Below are positions 12,366-25,400 of a stretch of DNA of 64,000 nt, piece after piece (the stretch's first letter is position 1; each line of letters starts with the position of its first letter). The notes below the pieces were generated by a model. The model was not told the DNA's origin and did not search any database. It worked only from the letters and a program-made list of their open reading frames with translations. The position numbers were made by a program, and so were the translations under genes. The stretch spans positions 34,844,001 through 34,908,000 of the forward strand of contig NC_091999.1 of assembly GCF_044704955.1 (NCBI RefSeq). Direction: 5' to 3'. Source of the DNA: Pristiophorus japonicus. Lineage: Eukaryota.

Positions 12366-14900
12366 TCACTGGTTAGTTAGTGACCATGCTTTTTTAACTG
12401 GATCCAGTGTTTCCACTTGCCGATACTCCTTATAAGTACCATAACTTACCATGATTACCTGATAGAGACCGATCCATTTGGATGCGATCCCGAACCTCTC
12501 TGGGGTAATCTCTTGACTGCCTATTTGGGGTGTTTGGAACTTCTGTTTCTTAGTGTCGTTCTCTAAATCCATCACCAGCATCTGGACATCAAGTTTATCA
12601 TGTTGGTTCTACCTGTATGCACATACCCGTGGTAGAAATTTAATAGGCTCCCGTGGATGCATTCCGGGACCACCACATTCCCATCTTTTCTCCATATCCC
12701 GTCGGTCCCTTGTTTGGCCCTCTCTGCTTCCACTCCTCCTGTTCCTGCGGAGTGGCCTCTCCCTGTACCTCAAGCATATTTACTTCCTCAGGCCCAATTG
12801 TACATGCTCTGCCTTGGGCTTCCCCGGCCAGTGTACCTGCCACTCGCTTGGCTGCTTCATCTGTCCATGCATTCCCCTGTTCATACTGATCATTATTTAT
12901 TACGTGTGCTTTGATCTTTATTATCGCACACTCCTGGGGTAGGAAGGAGGCTTCCACTAGATGTTTCCCAATCTCTTCATGTTTAATCGGTCCTCCTCCT
13001 GAGGTCGTGTATCACCGTCTGCTCCAGGCTATCATATAATCATGCTCTACTCCGAAAGCATATCGACTGTCTGTATAGATATTTACTCATTTTCCCCTCG
13101 CAAGCCTCAGAGCCTCAGTGAGAACCACTAGTTCAACCACTTGAGCTGATAGATTCTCTACTAACCGTCCTTCCCCTTTGACCTGACCGCTGCTATCTAC
13201 CACGACCCATCCTGTCTGTGGTGTCCCATTGATATAGCGCCGAAACTCATCTACATATAGATCCATGTCTGCCTCCTCAAGCAGGGTTTCACTTGCCTGA
13301 CTACTTCCCTCATCTTCTGTTGTGCTACAATGATGCTCCTCTCCCTTTGTAATGATCCACTCTGCAGGCGTCTTTTGTTATTGTTACCATCCCGTTGAGT
13401 GGGGCGGGGCGGGGGGTGGGGGGTGGCGGGAGAGGAGGGGGGAGAACATTATTTACCACCTCGCCATTTGTGCATCGAATACATTTTTAGCCTTCCAGTT
13501 TTTAGTAATTCTACTAAGGTACGCTGGGTTTGTAGAATAATGCACCCTGACATTATTATTGGTTCGTTAAATCTGATGGCCCAAGCCGCACAGTCGTGGG
13601 CAGCAACGCACCTGGACAGTCCTGCAGCTACAGGTTGCGGTTTATCTGAGTAATATGCCACTGGTCTATGCCTGTCTCCATGTAATTGAATCACCACCGC
13701 GTTATAATGATGGTTAATATGGTAGGTATAGACGTGAAAGGGCCTATTCTGGTCTGGTAGTCCCAGGGCTGGAGCACTTGTGAGAGTTTGTTTTAACCGC
13801 ACACATGCAGTTTCTTGATCTAGACCCCAGTTTACTGGCTCTTAGGAGGGTTCCCATCCTTTGACCTGTTTCTGTATAGGTTAGGTCATCTTGGCATATT
13901 CGGGAATAACATTTCTGCAGTAGTTTAATAGCCCGAGTACCTGCCTGACCCCTTTCACGGTTCCTGGTCTGGGGATTGATTGAATTGTTCCTTACTGTCC
14001 TCGGGCATCTGTCTCTTCCCTTACGATATTATGTATCCCAGATATGTTACTTCGCTCCTTCTTTCTCCTGACAATATTCGATGAAAGATGCTCCAGCTGT
14101 TATTGAATCCCAGTGGTACCTTCGCCCATGTGTTTTGTTATCCATTTACCTTGAAGACAAATTTTCCTTGAGACTCTTTGGCTAAGGGAATAGTCCAAGT
14201 TCCATTCACTATATCCAGCATGGTGAATATCTTATGATCCGGATCCAGGCCATTAAAAATTGTGGCTGGACTTGCCACTATTGGGTGTTCTCCGGAAGTC
14301 ACCTTATTCAGGGTGGTATAATCGATAGTCAATCGGTAAGACCTGTCGGGTTTCTTCATCAGCCACACAGGTGAATTAATGGAGGCTATTACATGTTTCA
14401 ATATACTTTGCTCCTCTAATTCATGCACTATCTAACAGACCGCTACCTCAGCTTCTGGTGTTAATTCGAACTGTCGGTGAGCTTTGTGTTCGGGTCCAGG
14501 AATTTTGATGGGTGATATCTCTGCTAATCCATAATCTTGTTTGCATTGTGCCCACAGAGTCGGGTATAATTGGCACACGCTAGCCCATACACCCTTTGTT
14601 TCACACTCGGGTTGGATTATGGTTGTTCCTACCACTCGTTGCTGCTGGTGTCCCGGGTTTTCGAAATTAATTCGGTTTCGTGCTTATCTCCCAAAATTAT
14701 CCGATTACGCTGAACAGCTATCAGCACCCCTATCTCCCTTAATGTATCGCTGCCTTCTGTATGCCTTCTCTATGTTGTCTTCTGTATTCTGACAGCACCA
14801 AAACTGAGCAGGTAGCACTACCCCTGTACTTCGACAACACCATCTCACTTCGGGTCGCTTTCTGATATCCCCCACTCTCTCCTTGTATGTTGATGGTCCT
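12366..14900 (-). pseudogene. pol: ERV pro-pol (RT, tether, RNase H, integrase remnants)
   Basis: NSPVWLMKKPDRSYRLTIDYTTLNK, LDIVNGTWTIPL, VPLGFNNS, LTSAPALGLPD..RPFHVY, NIYTDSRYAFG, KIKAH..GNAWTDEAAK and KWIGLYQV. The YxDD segment is deleted in frame near 14070 (IFHRILS..EVTYLG) and the integrase core is missing. Confidence 0.88.
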
Positions 14901-16050
14901 ATGGGTCAGGGGCAAATCTAAGTTGGTTATTGGGTGTTCTCGGGTTCGGGCGGTGGTGGCAGTGGTATCAGTGGTGCTGGTACCTGTCTGAGCATGTCCA
15001 TCAGATCTTCCCTGGTTAATGGTATTCCCTTCTTTGCCTGTTTGTGGTCTCGCCATCCAGCGCCTTCCTCATAACTCCAGCAATCTTTGGCCAAATGTCC
15101 AAGTTTACCACAATTTTGACATGTCCCTTTAGAATTGCTGTAACGTCTGCTTTTCTGCAGGCAATCCCTACTGAAGTTACCTTCCTGATTGCAGTTTAAA
15201 CATATCAGTGGAGCTTCGCGGGAGTCTGTCTCTTCCTCCTTCGTCTCTGCTGCTAACGCTGTTGCTGCTATTTTTGCTCATTTATCCCTTGTTCTAACTT
15301 TAACCACTCTACATGTTCTGCCCATTCCAAAGTTTTATCATAATCATCTCCTGTCTTAAATACTCACTTAATTATCTTTTGATGTGCCTTTCCTAGTCCA
15401 TCCTTAAACATTTTCAAGAATGCTGCATCATTTCTGTTGCGGTCATCAGCCCCAGAGTGGTTTTTGTATTCAATCCACTTTCGTTCCCCGTACTCCCCAA
15501 ACCTTTTCCCTGCCTTTTGAGTCACAGTATTCTACTCCAGTCTTTTGTCAGAGTTCTGTATCTCTACTATTTTGCTTTAGCGGGTGGTAACTTATTCAAT
15601 AGAATTTGTCTCCTGTGGGCTGAGGGGCACCTCCTGTATGGCAATGTGGGCTGCTCTACATCCGCTGGAGCGAATGGTGGTCGTGTGTATCAGTGCCACT
15701 GATAAATAGCCATTATCATGTGCCGGGGCCACCTCTACTCCAAACTCATTATCCCTGTCTGATTGACTGTTAGGTTGGGGTTGTGGACTGCACTTACCCA
15801 ACTTGGGGTACATTATCTCTATTACCGTAGGTGATGGTGCTGTGGCTGTGCTCTGCACTATCTATCTGGTCCTGTCTTTTTCTCTGCCAGCTTATTTATC
15901 TTAGCTTCTAACTCTTGAATTTGATGTGTTTAAGTATCTATGTGTCCTCTGTAGCAGGTGAGTATTATTACATACGCTTTCTTCCTTTTGTTTTCATTCT
16001 GAATATCCCCACATTTCTTCTGTCTGTCAGGTGAGTCTTTTTTCTTTTAT
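14900..16050 (-). pseudogene. gag: ERV gag (fragmented) with two zinc knuckles
   Basis: CLNCNQEGNFSRDC (15202-15161, His replaced by Asn) and CQNCGKLGHLAKDC (15121-15080). Pro-rich and coiled-coil stretches lie upstream. The start position is uncertain. Confidence 0.75.
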
Positions 16051-17318
16051 TAAGAAATCCAAACTAATAATGTCCAGTATAAAATATCTTTCAATGGAAA
16101 GGGTTAACTCCACTACAGGTTTGTAAGAAGGTCTGGCGTCATTACGTGACTTCGGGTATCCATCTGAAAATATTACCCCAAGTCTTTGTGCTTTCAAAGC
16201 TTGATAAGAAATTAGGAATCCGTTAAAATAGCAGAAATTATTGGTAAAGTTGTCAAAATAAAACTTTCTCAGCGGGAAAGGCAGCATTTTAGATTAAACT
16301 CCAATTTCTCTACACACCCAATTCAAATACGTGCCAACGAGTTTTTCATTGATTTAAAGCGAGACCACACATTTTAATAGCTATTTTGTTTACAGAAATC
16401 CAATTTCCACGCAAGCTATATACATTCCAGCATTTTGTTTTTTTATGGTCCCGTTCACTGAGCAAATCTTGCGTTTTATTTTCTCTCGGCACAAAATCTA
16501 AACTTCGGTGCCAGTCCATCTTTTTAAGAATCCTGTAATTCCCAGTTTTTTCTTTCTGTGCTGAGTTCACATAGCTTAGATCGTTTCCCCCTTTTGAATC
16601 TGAACTTAATCATTTTTTGATGACCTTACTTCAGTCCATAGTTAAACATCTTTGTTTCTCTTCCTCGGCACAAAGTGTTGTCGGGTTTAACTCATAAGTT
16701 TTTATATTTCAACCAATATCCTTTTCACAGCCAATTTAAATCTCGTTTCTTCAAATTAGGTTTTGTATTTTGATGATCTTCCTCCAGTCCATTTTGCTCA
16801 ACATCATTGTTTCTCTGCAGCTTTCAAGGTCAAATTTCTATCTTTTGATAAAAACAAACTGTCCTTTGTAAATTCAATTTGATATCCAACATTTTTCTTT
16901 TCTTTTATTAATTTTCCATTTATCTCAACTCGCATTTTATCCCACTGGCCAGTTTTCCTAGGATCCTGGGGTCCCACCCCACGGTTTAGGTTGTATTCCT
17001 TCTTGTTTGCACCGCACACGATCAATACCAGCTTCACTGTGTGATTACCACGTCATGCTTCAGGACATACACCTTATATTTCCCATAACGATCGCTGGGG
17101 TCCACTCCCCATGCGGTTGCATTCCTTCTTTCTCAGGCATACACCTATGCCACCCTTGGTTTTCAACCATCTGTGGTTCGTTATAAGTTGTCCGACAGCT
17201 GACCCCTTCAAATTCTTCATACAAATTAGTTCCTTCCCCGTAAATGCTACAGCTGCATGTGGTAAAAAACATGCTCACTACCATTTAGCAGTCACGTGAT
17301 CCAGGTCGGAAGGTCTGC

Positions 17319-17336
17319 ATCCGGTTCATGACGCCA
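17319..17336 (-). promoter_or_regulatory. ERV primer-binding site
   Basis: TGGCGTCATGAACCGGAT lies 2 nt after the 5' LTR end (..CCCAACA-TT-TGG). The cognate tRNA was not identified. Confidence 0.7.
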
Positions 17337-17338
17337 AA

Positions 17339-17937
17339 TGTTGGGTTTAAAAAGGAGGCTTCTCTTCTTCCACGTGGACTAACTGATATAGTTCATCGAC
17401 ACCTCACCTTTCTCCCACTGTATAACGACCACGGAAGTGAACACACGAAATCCCAGGATCAACTCGCTTTTATTACGAGCAATTACAAGGGAAGGTTCAG
17501 TCGTGGAACCTCCGAAATATAAGAGTTTTCAAGCATAACTTATACAGGTTTTGGAGAGGAGCTATCCTCCTGCAAAATCATCGATAGGTCTATTGATATC
17601 AGCGGAGTTACATTGATTTGTCGACTCTTATCCGACGGTCTCTGAGTGGTAAATGCAACAGTCCATCTCTCATCATTGTTTTGTTCCATTTTTCCCTCTA
17701 CCCCAGTCTATCCGACGGTTAGAGTGGCTGTACTTGCTTATTTATCTCTTCCTCAGGGACGTAAAAAAACTGCTGACCGGCTGTTTAAGTATTACAGAGA
17801 TTACGGATTCAGTTCAATGCGTTATACATTTGCGCTGTACCTACATAAGCAAGTGTTACCTACGTAGCAATTATAAGTTCAAGACCTTCATCATAATTCT
17901 GAGCTCCTATTTGCAACCTTATAATTTATCCCTTGAA
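17339..17937 (-). repeat. ERV 5' LTR
   Basis: tgttgggtttaaaaaggaggcttctc...aaccttataatttatcc is collinear with 9540-10137. Confidence 0.85.
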
Positions 17938-19330
17938 GGAATCGATGCAAAGCCTCCATCATTGTTCCCCATGAGTCCTCTAATTGTTTGGTGAGACGTT
18001 TTTTCTCTCTGCTTAGATCTTCTTTTTAAATCTCAAGATTTCCTAATTGTTTACATTGCAGCCCCTACGTGAATTGCATTGATACTCTGCTGTTGCATTA
18101 CTGCAGTAGCTGAGGCAAATTGACTCTGCAAATTCACAATTTTCTGTTTAATGTCTGAATCTATTTTCTGCAATTCTTCATTCTTAGCCGAATTTTTTTT
18201 TCCAGTTCTGATATTTTATCCCCTAATTCTTTCTTGACCTTTGATTGACGTCCTGCGAAGTACGAAGCTGCACAGGTGACTAGACTCATCGCCTTACCCA
18301 GCTTCCATTTCTTAGCTTTAATCTGTTCATCAATAAAAGTGACCGTATCCTTAAGGGATACATTCGGATTCTTCCCTAGGCAATCTAGCAACAGTGTCTG
18401 CACTTGCGTTTTGTCACATATTTTTTCAAACTTTTTCTGATACTCTTCCAAGAGACACTCCTCCGGCATCTGAAAATTAAATATTTTTATGTAAGCTTCC
18501 TTAATGAAGATAACAGTCACTAGCAGTTGATGTAAATCAACCTTACACAAGATTTGATCTGCCTTGCATCTGCTGGTGACACACAAGAACTTGTTTTCAA
18601 ATAGACAGAAAAAATTACAAGAGTTCCCAATTAACTTGATTATTGAGTATATTGCATTTTGTTCAATATCTCTTTGTTTTGTTCCTTCGTGGTCGCCAGA
18701 TGTAGTTTTTAACCAATGGACCGCTTTTTGCCGCTTTGCTAACTATAGCAATTCAGCTATTTCCAGGGTATATACTTAATTCAAACTGGGAGACTCTTGT
18801 TCACATCATACCAAATACTTTTAATACAGGTATAGTGAGTAAAACAGTGTTTTATCAAGTAAATTACATTCTGTTACAAAAGTAATACTTAACAAATTAT
18901 AGTCACAGCCTAATTCTCGATAGCGTCCTCTCGAGCTGACCGTGGTGCCGACTCCTTATCTCCTGTTCGCTTGATTCGCACTGCCTTCTGAGTAGAAGAG
19001 CTGTTACTTTATACCATTTTTCTCCCATTCAAAAGCTGTGAAAATTTACAGCTGTTGTAGCCTTACAGTAGATCATATTATCTACTGCCTTTGACTTTCT
19101 ATGTTATCTCTATCTCCCTCCCTCTCTGTGGCAGGAATCACTTCTCTGAGAACAATTATACAGACCATGGTCACACAGAATTAATTACTGAGCTTGGCTT
19201 TACAAAAATATGACAAGAACTGGTACGCAATGTATACCTTTATGTTATTGATTAATAATTTTGGCCTTGATCCTTCTATTTGTAAATGAAGCTTTATCAG
19301 CAGTTACAAAAATGGATAAAATAATAATGA
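17938..19330 (-). mobile_element. Probable 5' fragment of a second LTR element (LTR, PBS-like site, gag-like coiled coil)
   Basis: The Lys/Glu-rich helical ORF 18586-18161 continues as QKIVNLQSQFASA in another frame. TT-TGG PBS-like site at ~18814 and TATAAA at ~19010. No catalytic domain is present. Confidence 0.4.
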
Positions 19331-19359
19331 CTCAATTTTAAAATTTTGCTTTGTTCATG

Positions 19360-20060
19360 TTTGTAAATGTATATGTGTGGTTATGTCGAAATGTTTGTTT
19401 ATGTTGAGGTGTAAGTGTGTGTGAGTTTTCGTGTAACATTGTGTTCACATGTAAGTGTGTGTGTGTGTGTGTGTTTTGTGTTAGTTTGTGTTTGGATTTA
19501 TAGGCATGTCCATGCTTGTGTAAGTGTGTTGAGGTATGTGTTTTCCAATAAGTGTATGGTTATGTCTCAATGTTGTTCATGTTTGGTGAGTGTTTGTGTG
19601 TGTGTGTTTTGTGTAAATCTGTATTTGATTTGATGCATTTGTTTACGAGTGTGTGTGTGTTTTGTGCAAGTCTGTGTGTGGATTGACGTGTGTATTTACC
19701 TGTGTGTAAGTCTGTTTCTGTGTTTTGTGTAAGTGTGTGTGTGGATTGATGTGTGTGTAAGTGTGTTTTTGCAAGTGTGTGTGTGGGTAGATGTGTGTGT
19801 TTATGTGTGTGTAAGTGTGTATAAATGTGTTTTGTGTAAGTGTGTGTGCGTGGAATAATGTGTGTGTTTATGTGTGTGTAAGTGTGTGTGTGCTTTGTGT
19901 AAATGTGTGTGTAGATTGATGTATGTGTTGATATGTTTGTAAATGCGTGTAAGTGTGTTTTGTGTAAGTGTGTGTCTGGATTGATATGTGTGTCTATGCT
20001 TGTGTAAGTGCGTATAAGTTTCCGTTGTGTTAGTGTACGTTTCGATTGACGTGTATTATT
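19360..20060. repeat. Degenerate (TG)n-rich simple repeat
   Basis: Arrays of gtgtgtgt and tgtgtaagtgtg. Confidence 0.9.
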
Positions 20061-20959
20061 GTTTTGTTCAAAGTTTCAGAGAGTACCAATAACTGGATTT
20101 GACAATGATGGTTTTCATTATATTCTAGTTATGTATAATATTATGTTTCAGGTTGTTAGTATGTCTTCATATGTAAGTCTTTGTGCGTTCATGTGTAATT
20201 GTGCACTTACACAAAAACACAAACATATACAAAATCATCAAAACACTTACATGTGAACACACACAAACTCACTTTCACATGTATTCTCCTCCGCTCTGTG
20301 TAAATGTGTTCTGTGCAAGGCGCAATGTGATATCAGCCGAACGAATGCAACAATTCAACCGATGGGCTTCAGCAACATCAGGGACACAACTGTGAGAAAC
20401 TCGGAGAGGATTCAGTCACCAGTTTAGACATGGCCCATTAGAATTCAACATGTTAGTTTACAATTAACAGGGACTGTTGCACCCCCAAGTCTATTTAAAA
20501 ATATTATGTGGAATAAATAGTTATTTCAGAATATAATACTCATATGGCAAATTTAAAATTTTTAGATCATGGGTTAGAATGTACGATGGCAACTTAGTGC
20601 ATTAAAAAGAGAGTGGTTCACTTCCCATCTCCCTGCGGGAGTGGCAGTGGGGGTTACATGAATTATACGTTTCCCTTTCTCCTCCCGCTGGTGCGTGTGA
20701 GAGGTACAGTGAGTTAAAATTACCCTTTACTCCCTCTCAGCTGAAGTTACCTTCAGGAATCCTGTAATGAGAGAACTCCACGCAGTTTCTAACTCATGCT
20801 GTATCTGAGCTGGTAGCGCTGGCTGTACAAGCCTTGGGACCGAGATCCGCAAACACCCTACTTCAGATAAACAGCCCTCACATTGGCCAAAATAGGAAAC
20901 ATAATTAATTGAGTGGCTGTGTGTTTAACTCACGATGGAAGAAAAGCCCTTCATTGTTT

Positions 20960-21007
20960 TTTATTTAAGAACTGAAATGCAATCGAGACATTCTCATTGA
21001 CAAGAAT
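20960..21007 (-). pseudogene. IGHM: Displaced end of the IgM secretory tail (..SCQ*) and its poly(A) signal
   Basis: Minus strand reads at-tct-tgt-caa-tga (stop 20996-20994), then AATAAA at 20965-20960. It completes ..LMDTF(N)SCQ* when joined to 30221 across the CR1. Confidence 0.8.
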
Positions 21008-22410
21008 GACTAAGAAAGCAATAAAGGAAGGAAAGATAGATTACAAAGGTAAACTTGCGCAAAACATGAAAACGGATAGTAAAAGCTTTTACCGATATGT
21101 AAAACGGAAAAGAGTGACTAAAGTAAATGTTGGTCCCTTAGAAGATGAGAAAGGGGATTTAATAATGGGAAATGTAGAAATTGCTGAGAGCTTAAACAAT
21201 TATTTTGCTTCGGTCTTCACAGTGGAAGACACAAAAACCATGCCAGAAATTGCTGGTCAAAGGAATGTGGGAAGGGAGGACCTTGAGACAATCACTATCA
21301 CTAGGGGGGTAGTGCTGGACAGGCTAATGGGACTCAAGGTAGAAAAGTCCCCCGGTCCTGATGAAATGCATCGCAGGGATAAAGAGATGGAGGAAGTTGT
21401 AGCAGATGCATTCGTTAAAATCCACCAAAACACTCTGGACTCTGGGGAGGTACCAGCGGATTGGAAAGCAGCTAATGTAACACCTCTGTTTAAAAAAGAG
21501 GGCAGACAAAAGGCAGATAACTATAGGCCGGTTAGTTTAACATCTGTAGTGGGGAAAATGTTTGAAACTATCATTAAGGAAGGAAGAGCGGGATATCTAG
21601 ATTGGAATAGTGCAATCAAGCAGACGCAGCATGGATTCATGAAGGGGAAATCATGTTTAACTAATTTACTGGAATTCTTTGAGGATATAACGAGCATGGT
21701 GGATACAGGTGTACCGATGGATGTGCTGTATTCAGATTTTCAAAAGGCATTCGATTAGGTGCCACACAAAAGGTTACTGCAGAAGATAAAGGCACGTGGA
21801 GTCAGAGGAAAAGTATTAGCATGGATAGAGAATTGGCTGGCTAACAGAAAGCAGAGAGTCGCGATAAATGGGTCCTTTTTGGGTTGGAAATCGGTGGTTA
21901 GTGGTGTGCCACAGGGATCGGGGCTGGGACTACAACTGTTTACAATATATATAGATGACCTGGAAGAGGGGACAGAGTATAGTGTAACAAAATTTGAAGA
22001 TGACACAAAGATTAGTGGGAAAACGGGTTGTGCAGAGGACACAAAGAGGCTGCAAAGAAATTTAGATTGGTTAGAGAATGTGCTAAGATTTGGCAGATGG
22101 AATACAATGTCGGAAAGTGTGAGGTCATCCACCTTGAGGGAAAAAAAACAGCAAAAGGGAACATTATTTGAATGGGGAGAAATTATAACATGCTGCGATG
22201 CAGAGGGACCTGGGAGTCCTTGTGCATGAAACTCTTTTAGGAGCAAACAAAAAACATTAACCCGTGCCCCCCGATCTGGGGGAAACACCAACATTTACAA
22301 GGTTTATTTTTGGCACAAAAATATATTTTTTCTCCAAGTGCCCCCTATAAAAGGGGAGGGGGACACTAAAAGCACCGGCAATTAAAACAAATTAACTTAA
22401 AAATATGAAA

Positions 22411-25400
22411 TCAAGTTAAAATTTGGTTGCCGGGCGTGATGATGCACTCCAGTCCCTCCGGTGCCCACCTCTTGCGGAAGGCCACGAGCGTACCGGTGGA
22501 CACCGCATGCTCCACCTCCAGGGACACCCTTGACCGGATGTATGCGCGGAAGAGAGGCAGGCAGTCTGGCTGAACGACCCCCTCGATCGCCTGCTGCCTG
22601 GACCGGCTGAGGGCCCCCTTGGCCGTGCCCAGGAGCAGTCCTACGAGGAGGCCCTCGGACCTACCCGCTCCCCTCCGCACAGGGTGCCCGAAGATCAGGA
22701 GTGTGGGACTGAAGTGCAGCCAGAATTTCAGGAGCAGCTCCTTTAAATAACAAAACAGGGGCAGCAACCTCGTGCACTCAATAAAAACATGGAACACGGA
22801 CTCTTCCAGACCGCAGAAATTGCAGGCGGCCTGGGAGCCCGTGAACCGGCTTAAAAATTTATTGCACGGAACTGCTCCGTGCATCACCCTCCAGGCCAAG
22901 TCCCCGGCAAATAGTGGGAGGACCCCTGCGTAGAGTGCCCTCCATCGGGGACCCCCGCCTCCTCTGGACGGCAAGATGGTATGCCATGGCGTGTCCAGAT
23001 GGCAGGCAAGGATGGCAAAGTTGAGAGTGTGCAGGAGCAGCCCGTACAGGAAACCCCTCCGCGCAGAACTGAAAGGCACGGAGGGGATTTCCACGAGGCG
23101 GCTCAAGTTGTGAGGCGTCGGTCCCCGAGGGAGGTTCCGGGGTTTGGCGCCGATGAGGAATTCCGTCCGGACGGGGGTCAGTTCGGATGGGATCTCCCCG
23201 CGTGCTTGAGCCTCCTCGATGCACCTAATGGAGTCCGGGCCCAGAGCTGTTTTTATCGACTCGATGGCATCAGCCGCGCGGCGGACGTTGGCGGAATTTA
23301 GGCGCCGCGCCAGCGTGTCTGGCGCCATCCAACCCGCTCCTCCGCCATCGAGCAGGTCCCTGACCCTGGTCACCTCACCAGCCAAAGCACTCTCATCCGA
23401 TCGCCACCTAAAACCTCGGTCGTGGAGGTACGGATTCCCGAGCAGCGGCTCCTGCAGGACGGCCGCCATTCCAGCCGGTGGAGAGCTCCGCTTGGTGGAG
23501 ACTTTGTTCCAGACCCTGATGAGTTCCCTGTAAAAGACAGGCAGCTCCCGGAGGGCGGTCCTGACGCCCCCCACACTCACAAACAGGAGCTGCGTGTCGT
23601 AGTTGGGGCCGTGCTACTGGCGGAAGAAAGACGTCGCCAGAGCACACCACCTGGGAGGGGGGTCAACGTAGAGGTATCTCTGCAGGGTCTGAAGATGGAA
23701 AGTCGCGAGCTGGGCGCTGACGCACACCAACAACTGACCGCCCTCCCCAAGCGGGAGACTCAAGACCGCGGCAGAGACCCAGTGCTTCCTGTTGTTCCAG
23801 AAGAAGTCCACCAGCTTCTTCTGTATCTTGGCGACAAACTCAGGTGGAGGGGTCAAAGTGACCAGCCGGTACCACAACATGGCGGCCACAAGCTGGTTTA
23901 TGACTAGCGCTCGACCCCTGCAGGACAGCACTCGGAGCAGTCCTGTCCAGCGCCCTAGGCGAGCGGCGACCTTGGCCTCCAGCTCTTGCCAGTTCGCCAC
24001 CCACACTTCCTCGTCGGGGCTAAGGTAGACTCCCAGATTGAGGAGATGGGTCGTGCTCCAGGCAAAAGGCATGAGCTCCTCCGGCAGGGAGTCCACCCGC
24101 CACTGACCCACCAGGAGTCCGGAACATTTCTCCCAGTTGATTCTGGCGGAGGATGCGGCTGAGTAAATCTCCTGGCACTCACACATCCTCCGCAGGTCAG
24201 CGGGATCCTCTACCGTGAGGAGCACGTCATCGGCGTAAGCCGAGAGGACGACCTCCACGCCCGGCCCTTGCAGAGCCAGTCCCGTCAACCTCGTCCGCAG
24301 GAGGCGCAGGAAAGGCTGCATGCAGACGGCATATAAATGGCCGGACATGGGGCATCCCTGGCGCACCCCTCTCCCAAAGCGAAGGGGCGCCGTCAAGGAC
24401 CCGTTAACATTAATCAGACACTCTGCGGCGGCGTATAAAAGTCGGATCCAGGCGACGAAATGCATCCCAAACCCGAAAGCGCGCAGAGTTCCAAGCAGAT
24501 AGTCGTCATCCACCCTTTCGAACGCCTTCTCTTGGTCGAGGGATAGGAAGGCGACCGGCAGACCAGCCTCCTGGGGAATAATGGATGAGGTCCCGGACCA
24601 GATGGATGTTATCGTGGATTGTCCGGCCCGGGACCGTGTAGGACTGGTCGGGTTGGATCATGTGGTCCAGCACGGCACCAAGGCGAGCAGACATCGCCCT
24701 GGCGATGATTTTGTAGTCCGTGCTGAGGAGGGATACTGGGCGCCAGATATTAAGGAGGCGGAGATCGCCCTTCTTATGCAGCAGGACAATGACTGCCCTG
24801 CGCCAACAGAGGGGCATCTCCCCGGTCACCAGACGTTCCCACAGGACCCGCGCGTAGTCACCCCCCAGGACTTCCCAGAACGCCCTGTGGAACTTCACGG
24901 TCAGCCCGTCCAGACCCGGGGATATTCCCCTCGAGAGCCGGTCGAGGGCGCCGGTCAGCTCCGCCAGGATTAGCGGAGCTTCCAGATTTTCGGCGCCCTC
25001 CGGGCTGACCTTCGGCAGGTCCTCCCACAAAACTCTATGCACTTCTTCGCTGGACGGCTCCAGAGAGAACAGGGCCCCGTAATATTCAATGGCCCTGTTG
25101 TTGACGTCCTCCGGATCCGAGACGAGAGAGCCGTCGTCGGCCAGCAGCGTCAAGAGCTGCTTACGGACACTCTGTCTTTTTTCCAGCGAGTAGAAGAAAG
25201 GCGGAGCAGCGGTCCAGATCCCGCAGGAACTGGATCCGTGACCTCACGAACACGTCTCGGGACCCTACGAGCTGCAGGTCCTTCAGCGTGGCCTTCTTCG
25301 CTTCGTACACCGTCCGCAGGGCCGGGTCCCCGACGACTTGCTCCAGGTCGAGCACCTCCTTTTCTAGATGCCCGACCCTGGCCGCCCGCCTCTTGGTCGA

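Larger units (their letters stand above)
9540..17937 (-). mobile_element. Degenerate endogenous retrovirus (LTR-leader-gag-pro-pol-env-LTR)
   Basis: Two ~600-bp direct repeats, a PBS, a PPT, two gag CCHC knuckles, RT, tether and RNase H motifs, an integrase remnant and an env with a furin site. Many stops, frameshifts and deletions. Confidence 0.9.

Noticed and set aside
20740-20775. Possible 11-nt micro-exon (cag|gattcctgaag|gtaact, minus strand) downstream of the secretory poly(A)
   Set aside because: It is too short to be significant and no following TM exon was found.
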